From a bacterium (GTDB lineage: Bacteria; Zixibacteria; MSB-5A5; GN15; FEB-12): DNA of 41,481 nt. The notes beneath the pieces are model-generated. The model saw only the letters and a program-made list of their open reading frames with translations. It did not search any database and was not told where the DNA came from. Within the stretch, counting starts at the first letter, position 1, and each line of letters begins with the position of its first letter. The position numbers and the translations under genes were made by a program. Positions 1 through 8,956 of this stretch are shown in pieces. Location: the NCBI GenBank assembly GCA_043811375.1, contig JBDRNJ010000050.1, positions 1-41,481 on the forward strand, in the 5' to 3' direction.

Positions 1-155
1 GCGGAAATAATCTCGATATGCAGTACCAATCTATTGGGAAACACAAATAAGGGGACTATGAAGAACGCCAGTAATTGTAACAGACTTATGTAGAAGAACC
101 ATCTGTACGTCTTGATCCTGTTCCCGGATGTGACTACGCTACCTTTTTCAACCAT
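1..155 (-). CDS. 5' part of a membrane protein running off the window start
   Basis: Manual translation from ATG at 155: MVEKGSVVTSGNRIKTYRWFFYISLLQLLAFFIVPLFVFPNRLVLHIEIIS..., open to the window edge, with a hydrophobic TM-like segment. Same orientation as neighbouring genes. Confidence 0.55.
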   Translation of the reverse strand, partial: MVEKGSVVTSGNRIKTYRWFFYISLLQLLAFFIVPLFVFPNRLVLHIEIIS

Positions 156-222
156 ATTGATCCAACTCTCTCTTGTTTCAACAATACCGAGGACAACCAA
201 TGAGTCAATGTCATAGGACTAC

Positions 223-891
223 TCACATGTTTTCCGCTCGACGCTTTATTCCGAGCAAAGTGGTGCGCATCATTAGTATCTCGAGGGCATCAATCATCGA
301 CCAAGAAATAACGGCTTCAAATGAGTCGAAGGTGTAACTCTGGCGTAAACGGGACACAAGTATAGTATGTTCATCATCGACTCGGTATAAACCCCACGAC
401 CAGGTAGCCCCTATCCAGGGAGTCCCCAGGAAAACCCAGAGCATGGATTCGTTAGGCTCCATTTCAACCACTTCCAACAAATAGAACAGCTCACCTTTGT
501 GTTCCCCACGAGTGTATTCGCCACTTGGTATAGAATCACCAACTTTCAAGTTCTGGTATTCAGGGATGATACGTTCAGCGCTGGGCATGCCACCATTGTC
601 TAATTTGTCGAAACCATAAAATCCGCCCTTGCCATATCCCATCTGGACTATCCATGGCCAGATTTGTTCGGGGGTCGCATTAATTTGCACCGCCCGAGTA
701 GCGTCGAACGTGGGATTCTCATGTAATTCATCGCCGGCCATATACCGGCTGACATCTTGGGCTGTTGCTCCCCAATTCATTTGGTATTCACGAAGCCCGG
801 CGAAATACATGGCGAGAAGTACCAGTAGAAAAAGTATCCATGCGATGATGTTCATGGATATTGCTCTCAGAAGCGGGTGCTGTTTGAGCAA
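223..891 (-). CDS. Membrane-anchored SRPBCC/START-like (polyketide cyclase-like) protein
   Basis: Motifs 'WGAT..(D/E)...M.GDEL', 'ATRAVQINATPEQIWPWIVQMG.G.GGFY' and 'TWSWGL...D...T.LVSR' are typical of this SRPBCC-like family. N-terminal TM helix. Start placed at TTG 891, behind a strong AGGAGG (ORF track starts at 942). Confidence 0.7.
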   Translation of the reverse strand: MLKQHPLLRAISMNIIAWILFLLVLLAMYFAGLREYQMNWGATAQDVSRYMAGDELHENPTFDATRAVQINATPEQIWPWIVQMGYGKGGFYGFDKLDNGGMPSAERIIPEYQNLKVGDSIPSGEYTRGEHKGELFYLLEVVEMEPNESMLWVFLGTPWIGATWSWGLYRVDDEHTILVSRLRQSYTFDSFEAVISWSMIDALEILMMRTTLLGIKRRAENM

Positions 892-1030
892 AGGCTGGTT
901 CCTCCTTTCTATATAGGGCTGGAGAGGCGACCACGCAGTCACGCGTCACACCGTATACCTTACCAAACGTGTAATATCTGCGTAAGTTAGATACAGACAA
1001 CGATAAAATGGACAGGTATCCGATTCAAGC

Positions 1031-1062
1031 AAAATGCCAAGCCCCAAGTGGGCTTGATCTAC
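1031..1062 (-). repeat. GTAG-type REP element, copy 3
   Basis: Minus strand reads GTAG-ATCAAGCCC-ACTTG-GGGCTTGGC-ATTTT (tetranucleotide plus hairpin). Its TAG is the stop codon of the 1059..1583 gene. Homologous to 2408-2447 and 10597-10636. Confidence 0.75.
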
Positions 1063-1583
1063 GGAAGTGTTTCAAGAAGCATCGTTTCCCAATACCTAAT
1101 GACTGTGTCCAATGTAGACAAAAATTCAAGGCGTTTACCGTCTCTGCGAGTGTATATAACTCGAGATTCGTTGCTGTTACTTCTTGAATCCTCACTGCAC
1201 TCTTCCTCCAACCTCATAATTCCTGCATCCTCATCAGACAAGGAAATGCTCTCAATGGCCCCGGTCGAAGAAATGGATGAACGCACAGTTTTGTTCTGAC
1301 CTTTTGAGGTATAAAGATGCTTATAAGCATTCGAAATACTACGGATATCTCGGAAACAGCCGTCTGTATTCGTGGATAGGTCTCCAAGAAAGTTGTCCTT
1401 TGTGCCAAAACCTCGCACCTTTGACGGAGAATGCCTTTTCCAGTATGCCCAATAGTGATCAGCAAAATGTGAGGCTGAAACGGCAGCATTAAAGGCTCGT
1501 CTCACACTACCAGGATGATGTTTGCAGTCTTTGTAATTACCACAAACGAAGGCTTGGTAATATTCATCCGGTGTCATTCCCAA
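1059..1583 (-). CDS. Hypothetical protein, possible HEPN-like domain
   Basis: 174-aa ORF, TTG start behind GAGGTG. Helical N-half with 'AFNAAVSASHFADH' and 'RSISNAYKH' (R...N..KH), reminiscent of HEPN-type motifs. Confidence 0.55.
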   Translation of the reverse strand: MGMTPDEYYQAFVCGNYKDCKHHPGSVRRAFNAAVSASHFADHYWAYWKRHSPSKVRGFGTKDNFLGDLSTNTDGCFRDIRSISNAYKHLYTSKGQNKTVRSSISSTGAIESISLSDEDAGIMRLEEECSEDSRSNSNESRVIYTRRDGKRLEFLSTLDTVIRYWETMLLETLP

Positions 1584-1662
1584 TTTGTTAGCACCTCGTG
1601 CAGTCTCGTGCCTTTGTTCTCTAGTAGAGCAGCGAAGATTGGACTCATTGTTCCGTGCCTCT

Positions 1663-2352
1663 CTAATCCTGATAGGAAGTTACTATTCCATTTTCAAAAT
1701 AAACATACTGTGTACGATACACCCACTGCTCACGGATTCCCCAAGAGCCCACAGACCTATGCACATCACTCGGTGGCCCCCAGGATAATCTCACCTGTTC
1801 GCATGTCATTCCCAGGCTTATAACTCCAGCTCTTACCTTTTCCGAAACGGAAGGCTCCCAAGCACTGACCAATGAATCCAGGTTCTGTGTTGTCAGCCTT
1901 GAATCGATGTGGAACCATTTACCCTTATCGGAATCCTTTACAGACACATCCATTATTCCTACCAAAGAATCCTCTGTCATCAGAACGACGCACACTCTAC
2001 CATTTACCATCATCCTAGTATTCCCGACCAACATCCCATCTTGGTAGCCATTTATGTAACACCCCAATACTTTCATTCTCATAAACGGGCCTGTCTTAAT
2101 AACCCCCTTGCTCTCTCCAGTTAATGAGTCTACGACGATCAAGTCTTCTCCAGTGGCTCTTCTGAAATTGTAAACCTCACCTCCCACCCAATTCTGCTTC
2201 ACAGAATCTAGATAATCCTTGGCCTCTCCTTTCGGAACCACTGCCTTGTTATCGTCAAACTGATAGGTCGTGGCAGAAGGCACAAACTCCGACGTAAAGC
2301 CGCAACCTACCAGTATCATCAGTCCAATAAGAACTGTCAGTGCGAATTTCAT
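1663..2352 (-). CDS. Lipoprotein with C-terminal SmpA/OmlA (BLIP-like) domain
   Basis: Lipobox LVG-C after a hydrophobic signal. C-terminus 'LGMT.EQV..SWG.P.......EQWVY....VYFENG.VT..Q'. AAGGAG RBS upstream. Confidence 0.7.
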   Translation of the reverse strand: MKFALTVLIGLMILVGCGFTSEFVPSATTYQFDDNKAVVPKGEAKDYLDSVKQNWVGGEVYNFRRATGEDLIVVDSLTGESKGVIKTGPFMRMKVLGCYINGYQDGMLVGNTRMMVNGRVCVVLMTEDSLVGIMDVSVKDSDKGKWFHIDSRLTTQNLDSLVSAWEPSVSEKVRAGVISLGMTCEQVRLSWGPPSDVHRSVGSWGIREQWVYRTQYVYFENGIVTSYQD

Positions 2353-2384
2353 TTTCGAAACTCCTTACTCTCCGTTTAGAAAGC

Positions 2385-2447
2385 GTAGGGCACGCCGACT
2401 CGTGGTATGACAAAATGAATGTCAAGCCCCGAGTGGGGTTGGCCTGC
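2385..2447. repeat. Inverted REP doublet (REPIN/BIME-like), copy 1
   Basis: Plus strand GTAG-GGCACGCC-GACTCGT-GGTATGAC, linker AAAATGAAT, then minus strand GCAG-GCCAACCCC-ACTC-GGGGCTTGAC. 2408-2437 matches 10606-10635 (reverse complement) at 29/30 nt. Lies 14 nt after the mnmE stop. Confidence 0.75.
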
Positions 2448-2461
2448 CGCCCACGGAATGT

Positions 2462-3883
2462 TTACTTCCCCACACAAAACTTCGAGAATATCCGTTCCAG
2501 AATATCTTCAGTATGCACCTTGCCTGTTATCTCGTCAATAGCATTGACCGCCTGCCTCAGTTCAAAGGCCGTGATCTCAGGCGTCTCACCTGCTTTTATC
2601 AACAACCGGGTTCGTCGCAGGCTGCGCAGGGATGAGTTTAGCTTCTGCCGATGGCGGGCTGAGGTTACGGTAATACCGGAAGTGAGGTCCGGCATCCGGG
2701 CGTCGATATTCGCCATCAGGCGTTTCTTCAGTTGGTCAATACCTTTGCCCGTCAGGCAGGAGATAGGCGCAATATCGATTTGTTTGGCAGTTTTGATCTT
2801 CTTGGGGTAATCGGGAACTATGTCTATCTTATTACCTGCCAATATATTTGCTTTCTTATTCAACAACTTCAGATCGATTTTCAGTTCCGAAAGCCACTTC
2901 TTTCGGTTCAGGTCGATCATCCAGATCACCAGGTCAGCCCCTGAGATAATGTTCATGGCCGATTCCTGCCCGGCTTTTTCGATCTTACCGGCTCCGCTTC
3001 TCAAACCGGCGGTATCCACAAGCTTCACTGCGAATCCTTCCAGATCAATCCATTCGGTAAGATAATCGCGGGTAGTGCCTGCTGTCGGCATGACCAGGGC
3101 GCGTTCCTGATTGAGCAACAGGTTGAACAGCGACGACTTACCGGCATTGGGTCGCCCGGCAATAGCTACTGTGTAACCCTCCCGGATTATCCGGCCCCCG
3201 GTGTAGGAGTCAACCAGGGACTTGACACCGGCAATAACCGTCTCGACAGATTTGACTATTCGTTCAGTTGTTTTGATGTCCAGGTCCTCATCCGGGAAGT
3301 CGATTGAGGCCTCGATTTCTGAAATCAGTTCGATCATCTGGTTTCGAAGCATGGTGATATGCTCCGTGTATGCTCCCAACAGATGCTCCCGGGCCGTCTG
3401 GAAAGAAGAATCCGTGTTGGCCTCTATGATTTCCGCCACCGCTTCCGCATGGGCCAGGTCGATTCTCCCTGAAAGAAACGCCATTTTTGTGAATTCCCCC
3501 GGTTCAGCAGCCCGTGCGCCCGAGGCCATCAGTTCGTTCAGAATGACTTTGGGCAGGTGCCGGCCACCGTGGCAGAAGATCTCCACCTGGTCCTGACCGG
3601 TGTAGGAGCGACCTCGCGGCATGTAGACGGCGGTTACTTCGTCAATCACCTCACCATTGCCGTCCAAAAAATGTCCGTAGCGCATCAGGAAGGGCGCCGG
3701 GTGTGAGTTTCTGGCGGTGGGCTGGAAATGACGACGCAACAATGACAGACTGCGGCTACCGGCGATACGCACGGCAGCCAGACCGCCGGCGCCGGGCGGG
3801 GTGACGATAGCGGTTATGGTGTCGCTATGATTGTCCTTCTTTTTTTTTTCGTCATCTGTCTCAGGCCGTTTTGACCTGCTCAT
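2462..3883 (-). CDS. mnmE: tRNA uridine-5-carboxymethylaminomethyl(34) synthesis GTPase MnmE
   Basis: DTITAIVTPPG.GG, SYTGQD.VEIFCHGG, AEPGEFT..AFLSGRIDL, G1 GRPNAGKSS, GTTRD, DTAG, NKID, C-terminal FCVGK. Start uncertain: 3883 is in frame; ATG 3855 would be in frame if the A10 tract were A11. Confidence 0.98.
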   Translation of the reverse strand: MSRSKRPETDDEKKKKDNHSDTITAIVTPPGAGGLAAVRIAGSRSLSLLRRHFQPTARNSHPAPFLMRYGHFLDGNGEVIDEVTAVYMPRGRSYTGQDQVEIFCHGGRHLPKVILNELMASGARAAEPGEFTKMAFLSGRIDLAHAEAVAEIIEANTDSSFQTAREHLLGAYTEHITMLRNQMIELISEIEASIDFPDEDLDIKTTERIVKSVETVIAGVKSLVDSYTGGRIIREGYTVAIAGRPNAGKSSLFNLLLNQERALVMPTAGTTRDYLTEWIDLEGFAVKLVDTAGLRSGAGKIEKAGQESAMNIISGADLVIWMIDLNRKKWLSELKIDLKLLNKKANILAGNKIDIVPDYPKKIKTAKQIDIAPISCLTGKGIDQLKKRLMANIDARMPDLTSGITVTSARHRQKLNSSLRSLRRTRLLIKAGETPEITAFELRQAVNAIDEITGKVHTEDILERIFSKFCVGK

Positions 3884-5594
3884 TCTTTTTTTTCTTCCGC
3901 TTGAACAGCAGGTAATCCACCAGCGCAAACATCGAGAAACAAGTCCAGTACAGCACCAGACCGGCCGGGAATTTATACAGCAGCCAGCCCATGAAGAACG
4001 GGAATACGTACATGAGTATCTTGTTCTGCTGCGTCGTGCTGGCCATAGTGAAGCGTTGCGATATGAACTGCGTGCCGACCATTAACACCACTAAAATGAT
4101 ATAGGGATCAGTCAGGCTGGTGGCGCCGCAAGACAGGTCGTTGATAAACCAGATAAAGGGAGCATCACGCAGCAGGATGGTGGAACGAAACACGGAGAAG
4201 AGAGCAAAAAACAGCGGCATCTGCGGCAGCATGGGCAGGCAACCGGACATGGGGTTAACCCCGTGGGATTTGTAAAGCTTCATCATCTCGGCGTTAAGGG
4301 CCTGGGGGTTCTTCTTGTGCTTCTTTTTCAGCTCTTCCATTTTTGGCTGCAGCTCTTTCATCGCATTCATCGACTGGAATGACTTCATGGAAAGCGGCAG
4401 CGTGATCAGCTTGACCAGCAGGGCAAACAGGATAATCACCACCCCGTAGTTGGGTGTCAATTCGTACATCCGGGGCAACAACCAGATAATTCCCAGGGCA
4501 AACGGTTTGATCAACCAGCCGATAAACGGCGTGGTGCCGATACCGAGCATGTCTTCAAGGTCAACGTGGTACTTCGACATGAGCGTATAGTCTAGTGGTC
4601 CGACGAATACGGCAAACGAATCACTCACATCAACGACGCTGGCAAACTCCATGCTTATGCCAGCGGTGATACGTCGTTGTTCGATACCACCGTCCGGTGT
4701 GGTAACCTGGCGCTTTTCACCCTGGGCGACCACGCCGACGCCGACACGGTTATGGGGAATCAGGACCGCTGCAAAATACTTCGATCTGACCCCGGCCCAG
4801 GAGGTATAACCTTCAACTGACTGATTGAGACGGTCATCCTCGTAATCATCAAGGGTAACCCGGGAACCTCCCTGCATCGCCAGAGCTTCCATGGTCTCGT
4901 AATCGCTGTTAGCCTGTGGTTCGGTAACTCCCAACGGCGTGTTCCACACCAACCGGTACTGGCGCTCAAAACCGAGCCGGGAGGCGTTGGTCGTTTCTAG
5001 GATAAGATCGAAGTGGTAGTCGTCCGGGTAGAAGCGGTACTTTCTGACAATCATGCCCAGTTCGGCGGTTCCGTAAGTGTAAACGAGGTCCAGCGGCTCG
5101 CCGGTGGCATCATAGATGCCCGCTTCATGGTCGCATGAAAAGCTAACCTGCGATGTGGAGAATGTTCCGCCGGCAAAAGTGGCTTCCGGTGTGGCATGCT
5201 GTGATTCGGGGAGCATCTGTATCGGACGACCATCACGATAGGCATACTCCGCCAGTTCCAGAGATCGCAGCCCACCGCCGAAGCTGGTCAACACTGCCGT
5301 AAACATATTGGTTTTGACAATAATGGTGTCGTCTATCAGATTTTCGGTCGCAACCGTGTCGATCGGAGTGGTGGCGACCTCCGAAGGCTGATCCACCGGC
5401 TCCCATACGGAATCAACGGACGGCTGTTGCCATGTCCCGGGAGCCGCGGAGTCCGCCGTCGCAACCGATTTTTCACCGGTTGCCTGATCAGGTTTGGCGG
5501 GCTCGTAGATGCCCAGGAACTCCATGATCGGAAAATAGAAAAGGATCAGCAGCCCCAGGATAATAATGATCGGGAGAGTTTTTTTGTCTATCAT
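3861..5594 (-). CDS. yidC: Membrane protein insertase YidC
   Basis: N-terminal TM, large periplasmic domain, 'NYGVVIILFALLVKLITLPL', 'MKELQPK', 'GVNPMSGCLPMLPQMP', 'PAGLVLYW'. Canonical position in the operon. Confidence 0.98.
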   Translation of the reverse strand: MIDKKTLPIIIILGLLILFYFPIMEFLGIYEPAKPDQATGEKSVATADSAAPGTWQQPSVDSVWEPVDQPSEVATTPIDTVATENLIDDTIIVKTNMFTAVLTSFGGGLRSLELAEYAYRDGRPIQMLPESQHATPEATFAGGTFSTSQVSFSCDHEAGIYDATGEPLDLVYTYGTAELGMIVRKYRFYPDDYHFDLILETTNASRLGFERQYRLVWNTPLGVTEPQANSDYETMEALAMQGGSRVTLDDYEDDRLNQSVEGYTSWAGVRSKYFAAVLIPHNRVGVGVVAQGEKRQVTTPDGGIEQRRITAGISMEFASVVDVSDSFAVFVGPLDYTLMSKYHVDLEDMLGIGTTPFIGWLIKPFALGIIWLLPRMYELTPNYGVVIILFALLVKLITLPLSMKSFQSMNAMKELQPKMEELKKKHKKNPQALNAEMMKLYKSHGVNPMSGCLPMLPQMPLFFALFSVFRSTILLRDAPFIWFINDLSCGATSLTDPYIILVVLMVGTQFISQRFTMASTTQQNKILMYVFPFFMGWLLYKFPAGLVLYWTCFSMFALVDYLLFKRKKKKNEQVKTA

Positions 5595-5618
5595 ACGTTT
5601 TGTTTATCCAACTGTATT

Positions 5619-5864
5619 CTAATCAGTTATCATTGTTTTCTGGTTAAGGTCAGTCTCCGGAACCGGATTATAGCCGCCGGCGTGCCACGGGTGGCATCGG
5701 AGCACACGCCGCACTGCCATTATGCTCCCTCGCCATGCTCCGTATCTGCGTAGCGCCTGCTCCGCATATTCCGAACAGGTAGGATCGTAGCGGCAATTAC
5801 CGCTCAGCAGTGGCCCCAGAGTAAAGCGATAGAGATAGATCACGAAAATCAACGGATACGCCAA
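5619..5864 (-). CDS. yidD: Membrane protein insertion efficiency factor YidD
   Basis: 'CRYDPTCSEYA..A...YGAWRG...AVRRVLRCHPW..GG..PVP'. Start placed at TTG 5864, just after the rnpA stop (ORF track extends to 5960). Confidence 0.93.
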   Translation of the reverse strand: MAYPLIFVIYLYRFTLGPLLSGNCRYDPTCSEYAEQALRRYGAWRGSIMAVRRVLRCHPWHAGGYNPVPETDLNQKTMITD

Positions 5865-5874
5865 AAGCGGCGTT

Positions 5875-6225
5875 CTACTGCCGCTCGTGGTCCAATCGCT
5901 CGAATAACAGTACGATTTCGGCGTTGATTTCTGTGAAGGCTGGCTGTTCGGTTGAGACATACGGTAAGATACCTATTATGATCGGCTGCTTAAGCAGACG
6001 CCGGTTGAGGCGGACTGCTTCCCGGTAGAGTCTCTTGAGGTGGTTTCTATATACCGCCGAGCCGTGCTTTTTAGAGAGGAAAACCCCGAACTTAAATGAA
6101 TCACCGATCTCCCATATCAGTGAACAGTACTTCCCGCGTACCCTTGAGCCTTCCTTGAAAAGCCTGCGAATTTGCGCCTGGCTCTTCAGGCTCAACTTGC
6201 GGGGGAGGCTATTTCTTACGGCCAA
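5875..6225 (-). CDS. rnpA: Ribonuclease P protein component
   Basis: 'SLK....I..LF..G.R', RNR-like motif '[22 protein letters not shown]'. Lies between rpmH and yidD; overlaps the rpmH 3' end. Confidence 0.95.
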   Translation of the reverse strand: MAVRNSLPRKLSLKSQAQIRRLFKEGSRVRGKYCSLIWEIGDSFKFGVFLSKKHGSAVYRNHLKRLYREAVRLNRRLLKQPIIIGILPYVSTEQPAFTEINAEIVLLFERLDHERQ

Positions 6226-6361
6226 CTCGCACCGTCAGGCGTTTACGACCTTTGGCGCGGCGACGGTTGAGCACTCGGCGACCGGCCTTGGTGCTCATGC
6301 GGCTCCGGAAACCGTGGTCGTTAAGCTTCTTCCGGTTCGATGGTTGAAATGTTCGTTTCAT
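6209..6361 (-). CDS. rpmH: 50S ribosomal protein L34 (missing from the ORF track)
   Basis: Manual translation: [50 protein letters not shown] (50 aa). Confidence 0.98.
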   Translation of the reverse strand: MKRTFQPSNRKKLNDHGFRSRMSTKAGRRVLNRRRAKGRKRLTVRVGRKK

Positions 6362-6394
6362 TTTTCAGTCCTGTTTCAAAAAATCCGAGCCTCA

Positions 6395-6422
6395 AGTATA
6401 AGTATATCGTCACATTAGTCAA
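6395..6422 (-). promoter_or_regulatory. Sigma70-type promoter of the rpmH operon
   Basis: TTGACT (6422-6417), 16 nt, TATACT (6400-6395); about 34 nt upstream of the rpmH ATG. Confidence 0.7.
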
Positions 6423-6438
6423 GGGAATAAATAGGGGG

Positions 6439-7840
6439 TGTCAACGCAAAATAGAAATGTCCTATTTTGTTAATTGAGTCATGTTCTTTCGTGCCATAGA
6501 TTTCAGATTCAGCGACCTCCTCCAGGGATGATCTCTGGCCGGGATACCAGGTGTTCCGGGGTTCCGGAATCGTTCCGGTGGCGTCGCTTTTGGGGGCCTT
6601 CTGGTGATTTCCCGGTACTTCAGACTAACCCCACTACTGCTGATAACATGCACCGAGCCATTAAGCCTCTCTTCCACCATCACCGTCCGGGACAGAACCG
6701 GTTCCGTGATCTGACAGAGCTTGCTTTTGTGGGCAACGGTGTTGTCGTTTCTCACCGTGCGCTTGGTCTTGAGGCAGAGGTATCGGTCCAGATTGAAGTA
6801 TCGCTCAGGCTTGACATGGACATCGGCCTTGTTTGCCGGAGTTACCCGGAACCTCTGGTTGTACTTGGGTAAATACTCCCCGAGAAAAGCGTTGGCTTCC
6901 GCCCTGGTCTTGATTCCCCGAAGCCGCATCTCCTTCACCAGCCGATCCTGCAACGTCCCGAACAACCTCTCGACACGACCCTTGGCCTGGGGTGAATGAG
7001 CATGAATCACCTTCACGCCCAGTTCATGCAACGCCCGCTCGAACCGGCTCATCGGCTGACTCATACCATCAAGCTCCTCCTCAACCGTAAGCCGCCGGTG
7101 GGACTTGTACGTCGTGTGCTTATCAAGATAGACACTCAAAGGAAAACCGTACTTCCTGACATACCGCTTGAAACTGTCCATCGCCGGCATCGTCCCCTCA
7201 TAGTCATAAAACCGGCCATAAACATTGTTCGTGGCGTCATCAATGTATCCCATCAAAACCAACCGGGGACCACGGTCTTCAAGCCAGGCATGATGGGAAC
7301 CGTCAAGCTGTACCATCGCCCCACAACACTCCTTCCGCAACCGCCACTGACGGTGATCCCGCCGCTGGCGCCGCTTCGCCCACAAACCAACCGCCAGCAG
7401 CCACTGCCGCAGCGTCTCGCGGTTGACCCCGATCCCATCCCGCTCCACAAGCTTCTCCGAGGCCAGCGTCGGGCCAAAATATCACCATACTTCTGACGAT
7501 AGAGCTTCAGAACTCGTCCCTTGAGCTCCTCCGGAAACCTCCGGTTGGACGGCCGACCTCGACCCCGATGGATAATACCTCCATCTCCAAACTCCCGAAC
7601 AGATCTCACCAGCCTTCTTAGATGCCGCTCGCTAAGATCCAACAGCGATGCCGCCGTCTTCCGGGTCATCTCCTGGTCCAACACCTTATGCACCACCTGC
7701 AGCCGTCGCAACTCCCTCACACTCATCCTGATAATGTCCTCTCCGGCCATAATCCTCCCTGACTCTTTGGGCCGGAGTATAACCTCTCAACAGGACATTT
7801 CTACTTTGCACATTTAGGACATTATCACTTTGCGGGAACA
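6439..7840 (-). mobile_element. Insertion sequence, IS1202 family (formerly ISNCY), likely ISTde1-like subgroup
   Basis: Ends TGT...ACA. Inverted repeats TGTCAACGCAAAATAGAAATGTCCT and TGTTCCCGCAAAGTGATAATGTCCT, each with a second ATGTYCT-ending subrepeat 24 bp inward. Flanked by 16-bp direct repeats GGGAATAAATAGGGGG (6423-6438) and GAGAATAAATAGGGGG (7841-7856). Confidence 0.9.
6462..7750 (-). pseudogene. IS1202/ISNCY DDE transposase, frameshifted
   Basis: HTH N-part (7750-7482) and DDE part (QLDGS.H.W, IDDAT, YLDKH, SPQAKGRVER..GTLQDRL) are in different frames. Removing an extra 'AT' at ~7480 restores YGDFGPTLASEKL and a 428-aa protein. Confidence 0.88.
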
Positions 7841-7971
7841 GAGAATAAATAGGGGGTGGGCGGGCTGTCTTTTTCCAATCCCTGCCCCCCCATCTTTTCT
7901 CTTCAATTCCCCCTGTCTTTTTGAATATATTGCCGTCAGCCGGGTAAGCGCTGATAGAAGGAATTGTAATA

Positions 7972-8520
7972 ATGTGCACCGATATGGTACTGGTGATGGA
8001 TATTAAGGCGGGTAGCAAGAAGGCGTTCGGCAAACTGGTGGAGCGACATAAGAAATCAGCATTTCGTATCGCCCTGGGGCTGGTAGGAAACAAAGACGAC
8101 GCCTATGACATTTCCCAGGAAGCCTTTATGAGAGTCTACCGATCGGCCGGAACTTATGATGAAAGTAAGCCATTTCTACCCTGGTTTTATACCATAATAG
8201 CCAATCTCAGCCGGACCTGGCTGCGGCGGCGCAGTTCCCGTGAGAATCGGTCAGTTGATATTGACGATGTCTCTTTCCTGCTGGTGGCCAAGGGCACTCC
8301 GGAATCGGAAATGATTGCCCGGGAGAACGTTACACGGCTACGGCAGGCGTTGTTGAAACTGCCATTTGATGACCGGGAAATCATTACTCTGCAGCATTTT
8401 CGGGGGATGACCTACGATGAAATAGCCAAATTGTTGGATATCCCGAGGGGGACTGTAATGTCGCGTTTATATTATGCCCGCAAGAAACTGGCCACCCTGA
8501 TGAGGTCCGACGATGAATAA
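7972..8520 (+). CDS. ECF RNA polymerase sigma factor (sigma-70 family)
   Basis: Region 2 'AFGKLVERHK...A....DAYDISQEAFMRVY...F.PWFYTI..N' and region 4 'LP.DDREII.L..F.GMTY.EIA.LL.IP.GTVMSRLYYARKKL'. Confidence 0.95.
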   Translation: MCTDMVLVMDIKAGSKKAFGKLVERHKKSAFRIALGLVGNKDDAYDISQEAFMRVYRSAGTYDESKPFLPWFYTIIANLSRTWLRRRSSRENRSVDIDDVSFLLVAKGTPESEMIARENVTRLRQALLKLPFDDREIITLQHFRGMTYDEIAKLLDIPRGTVMSRLYYARKKLATLMRSDDE

Positions 8521-8956
8521 CGATCTGCGAAAATTGCTGGCCGGCTATGTCGATGGCGAACTGACCGAACAGGAACGCTGGGCTTTTGAACAGGAGCTTC
8601 AAAGTGACTCAAGACTGCGCGACGAGTTGGCTGAGTTTCGGAAACTGAAGGAGGTGACCGGCATGGCGCGGTATGCAGATCTACCCGACGAAGTATGGGA
8701 AAGCTACTGGCAGTCACTGTACCGAAAACTGGAGCGGGGAATCGGCTGGATACTGATGTCGATCGGCGCTATCATCCTGCTGGGTTTTGGACTTTACCAC
8801 GGGCTGGTTGATCTCTATCTTAATCCCGATGTATCGTTTCTGCTGAAGGCAGGCGTCACGGCGCTGGGAGGCGGCCTCATATTCCTGCTGGTCTCCTTTG
8901 CGCGCGCGAGACTGTTTGCCTATCACCGCGACCGTTACCGGGAGGTAAACAAATGA
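8513..8956 (+). CDS. Membrane-bound anti-sigma factor (zf-HC2-like N-terminus, two TM helices)
   Basis: 'LLAGYVDGEL..QE...FEQ.L' ASD-like start; overlaps the sigma gene stop; two hydrophobic segments. Confidence 0.8.
   Translation: MNNDLRKLLAGYVDGELTEQERWAFEQELQSDSRLRDELAEFRKLKEVTGMARYADLPDEVWESYWQSLYRKLERGIGWILMSIGAIILLGFGLYHGLVDLYLNPDVSFLLKAGVTALGGGLIFLLVSFARARLFAYHRDRYREVNK

Noticed and set aside
892..1662. attC sites between the left accessory genes
   Set aside because: No convincing RYYYAAC...GTTRRRY pair with complementary L boxes in these intergenic segments.
6423..6438. dif/XerCD site as the IS target
   Set aside because: The flank does not resemble a dif consensus, and the long duplication does not fit the Xer-targeting subgroup with short direct repeats.
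7470..7490. Programmed frameshift in the transposase
   Set aside because: No slippery heptamer. The defect is an extra AT dinucleotide, and this family normally encodes a single ORF, so mutation or error is more likely.
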